A DNA stretch of 64,000 nt from sequence record MK327940.1; one strand, written 5' to 3'. This document shows positions 59,011 to 64,000 of this stretch, piece after piece. A program made the translations under genes and the position numbers. The notes under the pieces are model-generated. The model was not told where the DNA came from and did not search any database. It saw only the letters and a list, made by a program, of their open reading frames with translations. Numbering within the stretch: position 1 is the first letter of the stretch; each line of letters begins with the position of its first letter. The DNA comes from Escherichia phage vB_EcoM_G29.

Positions 59011-61062
59011 TTATCCTTGAACGAACTTGTAAGGCATGTTTGTAATATCTATGCAAGACGCAATAATTCCAAGAGATGATTCTACTTTCTGTTTAACATT
59101 TGATGAAACAAATGATGCAAAGTCAACTCTATCTTCTATATCACCTGTCATTGTAACTACTTCGCCGGTTTCCATTAAACGGTCACCGTCATAAATTACT
59201 GATTCGGTGAGTTCTTCGGTGGTCATAACTTCAGCTTGAATAAGCTTGTTGTTAGTTTTGACTGTTCCATCATTGTAAGATGCATCAGTTATTTTATTAA
59301 CTTTGACCATTAATCCACGTGGCAAAATGACTTCCATTTCATTTGAAGGCGCTAAACTTCCACCGGGTAAAACAACATTGACTTTATCAGCCCCAGTAAT
59401 AACCCATCCAATTCCGACTAAATTATCGCTAGAATTAACAAGCCCTTCATCATTTTTATCGATAGAAATGTTTAGACGCTTTTCATCTGGTAAAACACCA
59501 ACAGCTGAATCAGTCATCCAAGTACCAAAAATGTTTGGATATAATGATGTTGATACAAAATTTCTAAAATAAAAAACTCGATTTTTTACCATTGCTTCGT
59601 ATATTGAAGGTAACATTCGTTGTGAACGATACAAAGTAATACCTTTTGGTAATCGTTCACCATTTTTAAAGGCTGAATCTAAATTATCAATAGCTTTTTC
59701 TATGTCAGATGCTGTCAAAATACTTGTACGCTCATCTGGATTATATAATCCCAAAAGAGCATTATTTATGTCTACATATCCTGAACCTACGTATTCACGA
59801 ATTCCGCGTTTTTGTGCTGGTGTGTATTTAGATGAATCTTTATTTTCGACTATAGGATGTAATGACCATCCAGCTGTAAGAGCATATCCACGTAATTCTC
59901 TTCGAATAATCTTTGTTTTTATTGCATTCCAAGAATTTTGTACTAACTCATTTGCAGCATCTTGGTTTAAATGCGAATGTTTGTTAATATTTCTTTCAAA
60001 CCAAGCACCTTTATATTTTTCTAAAGTATTATCGACGATAGAAGCAATAGTTTCTAAAGTTTTTATTGAAGTAATAGATTCTTTTCGTAATTTTTCTAAA
60101 GCTTTATTTTTTATTTCTGCATTAATAATGGATTCTTTATCTTCAGGAATTATAGAAGCTTCTCTGAATGCCATCCCAGCTGTAACACTGCTAAGAGCAT
60201 TCTCTAGTGCAAATCCTGAAGTAGAAATTACCGTTAATTCATTAGAATCAGAAATTAAAGGCGCATCAGCGGGTTTATTTAATTCTGCTGCTGAAGCCTC
60301 AAATTTTTGAAACATCGGTGTTTCAAATCTAGAAGATTCCAATGACTGACTTTGTGCAATTGCTCTACGGGAAATTTTAACTTTAACGATTACAGCTTGG
60401 TCAGAACGTTTATCATTTTCTTGTGCAATAGATGCTGCAATTGCCTCATTTTTGGTTACTTGAGCTCCGGTATCTTTATTGATATAAACATCACCGACCT
60501 TCGATTCAACTTTAGTAAAGAGCTCGGTACTAATTTCCGGAACTCCTGGAATGTCTTCTAGTGATACATTTTTGCGATGTATAAGAATATATGCATACTT
60601 TTTATCATAATCCCAGAGTTCCTTAAGAAGGACGTATCTGCCACCTGAACGACTACGGATAAGTCTATCAGCAATAACTTGAATTTGTCGAGCTTGATCA
60701 GCGGTTTTAGACTTAAGAATACGAAGCATACAAGCATCAATTTTATACTGACGCATTGTTTGCATTGCAACAGTAAAAACTGAATTGATATAATTAATTG
60801 GGCTTGGACCAAGACCTTTTAATTTAGCAATTGAACCTTTAGCGGTTAATGTAAAAGGAACAATATGCATCATTTTATCGCCCATTTTTAAATCGCGATT
60901 AGTATCACCTCCAGATGTATAGGTACATAAACGAAAGCCTGGTTGTTCAATTGCATCATCAACATGAACTGAAAAAATTTGCGGTATTTTCTTCTTTGGA
61001 TTTAAGTTTGTAATCGGAAGAGTAGTATCTTCGTCAAATAATTCTGTAATAAGTTCCATCAT
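59011..61062 (-). CDS. alt: ADP-ribosyltransferase Alt (packaged, modifies host RNA polymerase)
   Basis: 683 aa; matches my memory of T4 Alt; LYRS...FVSTSL...EMEVILPRG; late promoter TATAAATA (minus) at 61083-61090. Confidence 0.9.
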   Translation of the reverse strand: MMELITELFDEDTTLPITNLNPKKKIPQIFSVHVDDAIEQPGFRLCTYTSGGDTNRDLKMGDKMMHIVPFTLTAKGSIAKLKGLGPSPINYINSVFTVAMQTMRQYKIDACMLRILKSKTADQARQIQVIADRLIRSRSGGRYVLLKELWDYDKKYAYILIHRKNVSLEDIPGVPEISTELFTKVESKVGDVYINKDTGAQVTKNEAIAASIAQENDKRSDQAVIVKVKISRRAIAQSQSLESSRFETPMFQKFEASAAELNKPADAPLISDSNELTVISTSGFALENALSSVTAGMAFREASIIPEDKESIINAEIKNKALEKLRKESITSIKTLETIASIVDNTLEKYKGAWFERNINKHSHLNQDAANELVQNSWNAIKTKIIRRELRGYALTAGWSLHPIVENKDSSKYTPAQKRGIREYVGSGYVDINNALLGLYNPDERTSILTASDIEKAIDNLDSAFKNGERLPKGITLYRSQRMLPSIYEAMVKNRVFYFRNFVSTSLYPNIFGTWMTDSAVGVLPDEKRLNISIDKNDEGLVNSSDNLVGIGWVITGADKVNVVLPGGSLAPSNEMEVILPRGLMVKVNKITDASYNDGTVKTNNKLIQAEVMTTEELTESVIYDGDRLMETGEVVTMTGDIEDRVDFASFVSSNVKQKVESSLGIIASCIDITNMPYKFVQG

Positions 61063-61111
61063 AGCCTCTCTAGTGTTTATTCTATTTATAAAATTAAAGG
61101 CCCGAAGGCCT

Positions 61112-61300
61112 TTAGTAATCTAGTGGTAAGAGAGTACGATATATTTCAAACTTTGGTCCTTTTTCATAGGCATCAAATGTTTCTGTAAATTTATTATAAG
61201 CGTATGCATCTACAAATTCGAGAATGACTTGTGATACAGAAGTAGAAACATCTCCACCTTCTTTTTGAGCAATGACAATTGTTTCTAAGTAAGCTTTCAT
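61112..61300 (-). CDS. 30.9: hypothetical small protein (30.9 position)
   Basis: 62 aa track ORF; symbol by synteny only. Confidence 0.55.
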   Translation of the reverse strand: MKAYLETIVIAQKEGGDVSTSVSQVILEFVDAYAYNKFTETFDAYEKGPKFEIYRTLLPLDY

Positions 61301-62760
61301 AAACCAGTTACCTCATGAAAATCACCAAATACATCCTCGAATGTATTAGCTTTAGTTTTATCTTCACGTAAACGAATCGCAATCGGAAGAAATAATTTAA
61401 CGTAATCAGTGCGGCCATCAGATTTTAACCAACCGTTGCATTCGCACTCTAGAATTTTTCCAATATAATAATTTTGGTTTTCCATAATGCGAGTACGGTC
61501 AAGTTCATGCGATTTTACACCGGCTTTATCTTTTAAGCCTGAACCAGCATTTACCTTAATTTTTCCACACTCTGATTCAAGAATAAATCCACCCGCTTTA
61601 GTAGGGTCTTTACGGTGAGGATAAATTCCTACAATTTTTAAATCAACATCAATTACTTCTTTAAATTTATAGAGATTTTTTGAACGAGCATTTTCCCACA
61701 ATCCATCGGTATTTTTGAGAATAATACCTTCAAGACCTTGGTCAATATACTTTTTATAAATTACCTTAGCTTCATCTAGGTTATTTACTACCTGGTTTTC
61801 AATTAAAATTACTTTATCATAACCTGATGTCATTTGTTCTAGTTTAGAAAAACGTACATCATATTTCAAACGAAATGCAGGAAGACCGTATATTTCTACC
61901 AACGGGACATAATCCCAGACCTGAAACTTCATGCATTGAGCTTCTTTTTCAGAAATGGTTCCCTTTAAAGATTTATTGGCGATGCCATTAGATGCAGTAC
62001 GTGATTCAGCTACTTCGGCGAATTCTTTAGCTTTACTAATTTCAGGATAAGCATCAAAAAGAAAATCTAGGCCTTCTGGCTCCTTTTCAACTTGCTCATG
62101 GTATACCAATTCGCCATCAATTAACACACCTTCTGGATGAATCTGGCGAGCTTCTGTAGTCATTTTGATTAACTCTTCCTTAAGAAGATCTAATCCTAGA
62201 TATTCATTACCAGCTCGTGATAAAAGACGAACATCATCTAATTCATCACCTCTGACTTCAGCAAAACACCGAGCTCCATCAGCTTTTAACTGGGCAAAGG
62301 CTGGAAATTTGATATTCTTATTAATGCCTTTTTCATCATAAGAACTTGCAAGCATTTGAGGTTGTTCAGGAATTAAACCTGGCCAAACTTTGTTTGCAAT
62401 AGATACTGAAGCACCGCATTCAAGGTCTCGCATCATCACCCGACGCAAAACTTCAACATCATCTTTTTTACCGTCAGTAATATATCCAGTTAATTCCTCA
62501 ATTGCCGCATTTCCAGTCAATTTCCGAGTAGCTAACGTGAATTCAATGAAGTCAAGCATATCGGTAAGAGTCAACATTCCAAAACTCTGGGTAGCAATAC
62601 CCGGTTTAGGCCATTTCTTGATATAATACTGTAACCCACGAGAATAAGTCAGACGATATACTCGTTTAAGCAATTCATTATCTTTATTCTTTTCAAGAAT
62701 TGCTTGCTTCTGCTTAGTTGAACCAATAGATGCTATTTCGTTCAGAATTTTAAGAATCAT
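61297..62760 (-). CDS. 30: ATP-dependent DNA ligase gp30
   Basis: 487 aa; adenylation lysine motif context KADGAR. Confidence 0.95.
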   Translation of the reverse strand: MILKILNEIASIGSTKQKQAILEKNKDNELLKRVYRLTYSRGLQYYIKKWPKPGIATQSFGMLTLTDMLDFIEFTLATRKLTGNAAIEELTGYITDGKKDDVEVLRRVMMRDLECGASVSIANKVWPGLIPEQPQMLASSYDEKGINKNIKFPAFAQLKADGARCFAEVRGDELDDVRLLSRAGNEYLGLDLLKEELIKMTTEARQIHPEGVLIDGELVYHEQVEKEPEGLDFLFDAYPEISKAKEFAEVAESRTASNGIANKSLKGTISEKEAQCMKFQVWDYVPLVEIYGLPAFRLKYDVRFSKLEQMTSGYDKVILIENQVVNNLDEAKVIYKKYIDQGLEGIILKNTDGLWENARSKNLYKFKEVIDVDLKIVGIYPHRKDPTKAGGFILESECGKIKVNAGSGLKDKAGVKSHELDRTRIMENQNYYIGKILECECNGWLKSDGRTDYVKLFLPIAIRLREDKTKANTFEDVFGDFHEVTGL

Positions 62761-63026
62761 TGTTCATCCTTTAGAGTTTGGTTTACAGCTCTATTATAAA
62801 TCAATTCATCATTAAGCTCAGTCAAAGACCTGTGGTACGTGGTTCTAACTTTATTTCCTTGCATCCAGTGCTTGACGTAAATGAAACCTTGCTCTACACA
62901 TTTTTTAAAAATTCGTTCGTCTTTTTGAGCTCGGAATTCTGGATTGCATCTAAAAAATTGATTTACGTGACCGTAATCACGTGTAGTATTACCTTCATTT
63001 TCATAAATAGTATGAACAACAAACAT
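62757..63026 (-). CDS. 30.1: hypothetical protein (30.1 position)
   Basis: 89 aa track ORF; start overlaps the upstream stop. Confidence 0.65.
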   Translation of the reverse strand: MFVVHTIYENEGNTTRDYGHVNQFFRCNPEFRAQKDERIFKKCVEQGFIYVKHWMQGNKVRTTYHRSLTELNDELIYNRAVNQTLKDEQ

Positions 63027-63880
63027 TAGAATGCTCCTTGGAAAATATTATCACCACTACCACTAGTAAGTCTATTAAAATACCCTGCGTCGCCAGGCTT
63101 AATATAACTCCACGTATGGAATGGATGCATCTGATGTGAGTGTGTATAATATGGATGATATGGATTATAAGGATTAAATCCAGGAGTTCTCCAAGTAGTG
63201 TTCCAACGAAAAGAATCGTTTTTAATCATCTTCTCAATTACATCTTTTATAACTTTTTCACTATCAAAACTTTCTTTATTTTCCTTCGATGGAAAAAGCT
63301 TATTCTCTACATCATTCCATGTATAAACTCGCTGTGCAGTTTTTGGAATACTGTCACGTTCCCCTCGAGCCATCCAATAAACAGGAACATTTAATATTTC
63401 ACTCGCGTGATCGCAGTGGTGAGCGAGATCGTCAATATAACAAATTACGTTATATTTCTCTTTTGCCTTTTTGAACAACTCTTCTTTTGAAGAATCATGA
63501 CCACACATCAATACTTCTGAGAAGGCACCAGGAAAAAGAGCATTCAAATTAAATTGACGATTCAGCAGAGCGTCAATAGAATCACCCAATGCTGTAACAG
63601 CTACAAAATTATAATCTTCTTTTAATTTGTTAATTACACACAGGGCATCTTTATATGGAGACAAGTAACGAATAAAATCTGAACGATTGTATTTTTCAAT
63701 TAACTTGACGCCAAGTTCTTCATCACAATTAAAGAGTTTACCAGGAGAAATAAATTTCTCATCTTGGATCATTTTTAAAATATGTTCTAACGGAAGATTA
63801 TATTTCTGAGCAAAATAAGGAAGGCCTGATTGCCAGCTTAAACATACTCCATCAATATCAGTTAAAATAGTAGGCTTCAT
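63026..63880 (-). CDS. 30.2: hypothetical protein with HAD-like DxDG motif (30.2 position)
   Basis: 284 aa; N-terminal ILTDIDGV resembles HAD phosphatase motif I. Confidence 0.65.
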   Translation of the reverse strand: MKPTILTDIDGVCLSWQSGLPYFAQKYNLPLEHILKMIQDEKFISPGKLFNCDEELGVKLIEKYNRSDFIRYLSPYKDALCVINKLKEDYNFVAVTALGDSIDALLNRQFNLNALFPGAFSEVLMCGHDSSKEELFKKAKEKYNVICYIDDLAHHCDHASEILNVPVYWMARGERDSIPKTAQRVYTWNDVENKLFPSKENKESFDSEKVIKDVIEKMIKNDSFRWNTTWRTPGFNPYNPYHPYYTHSHQMHPFHTWSYIKPGDAGYFNRLTSGSGDNIFQGAF

Positions 63881-64000
63881 AGAGAGTCTCTTAATAGGTT
63901 TAACACATCAATAAATTCAGCTTCGGTTAATATTGTATCATCTTTTGTTAGACCACTAGCCATGCTGTGCTTCAAAACTTTTCCTTTCGAGGCGTGTAAT
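63877..64000 (-). CDS. 30.3: hypothetical protein, N-terminal end cut by window edge (30.3 position)
   Basis: Open minus-strand frame from the window end to TGA overlapping the 30.2 ATG (ATGA); C-terminus ...DVLNLLRDSL. Confidence 0.5.
   Translation of the reverse strand, partial: LHASKGKVLKHSMASGLTKDDTILTEAEFIDVLNLLRDSL

Noticed and set aside
59702-60310. 202-aa plus-strand ORF inside alt
   Set aside because: Antisense to a confidently identified alt gene; no independent support.

Overview
This window is a contiguous segment of a T4-like (Tequatrovirus-type) myophage genome, close to but not identical to T4 (the lysozyme differs from my memory of T4 e at a few residues). Reading left to right: the 3' truncated denV, e (lysozyme) and nudE; a hyperplastic early region on the minus strand (translationally coupled small membrane-protein genes, several orphan ORFs, four genes carrying the T4 capsid-targeting sequence, repeated terminator and promoter cassettes); an 11-gene tRNA cluster; 57B (acb1)-57A-1-3-2-4; then the plus-strand late morphogenesis block 53-5-5.1-5.4-6-7-8-9-10-11-12-wac-13-14-15-16-17-18-19-20-67-68-21-22-23-24; then rnlB, 24.2, 24.3, a frameshift-disrupted hoc, inh, uvsW, uvsY, baseplate hub genes 25-26-51-27-28-29-48-54, two tandem alt paralogs, DNA ligase (30) and 30.1-30.3. 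I found no CRISPR array, integrase, transposase or homing endonuclease, and no discrete block that looks like a foreign or wholly new system. The observations most worth a second look are: an exact 55-bp tandem duplication that frameshifts hoc; a tRNA set expanded beyond the canonical T4 eight; early-promoter/inverted-repeat cassettes showing compensatory base changes; and the capsid-targeting-sequence genes plus orphan ORFs of the hyperplastic region as candidate injected or anti-defence effectors. All homology statements are from memory and hand translation, not database searches.
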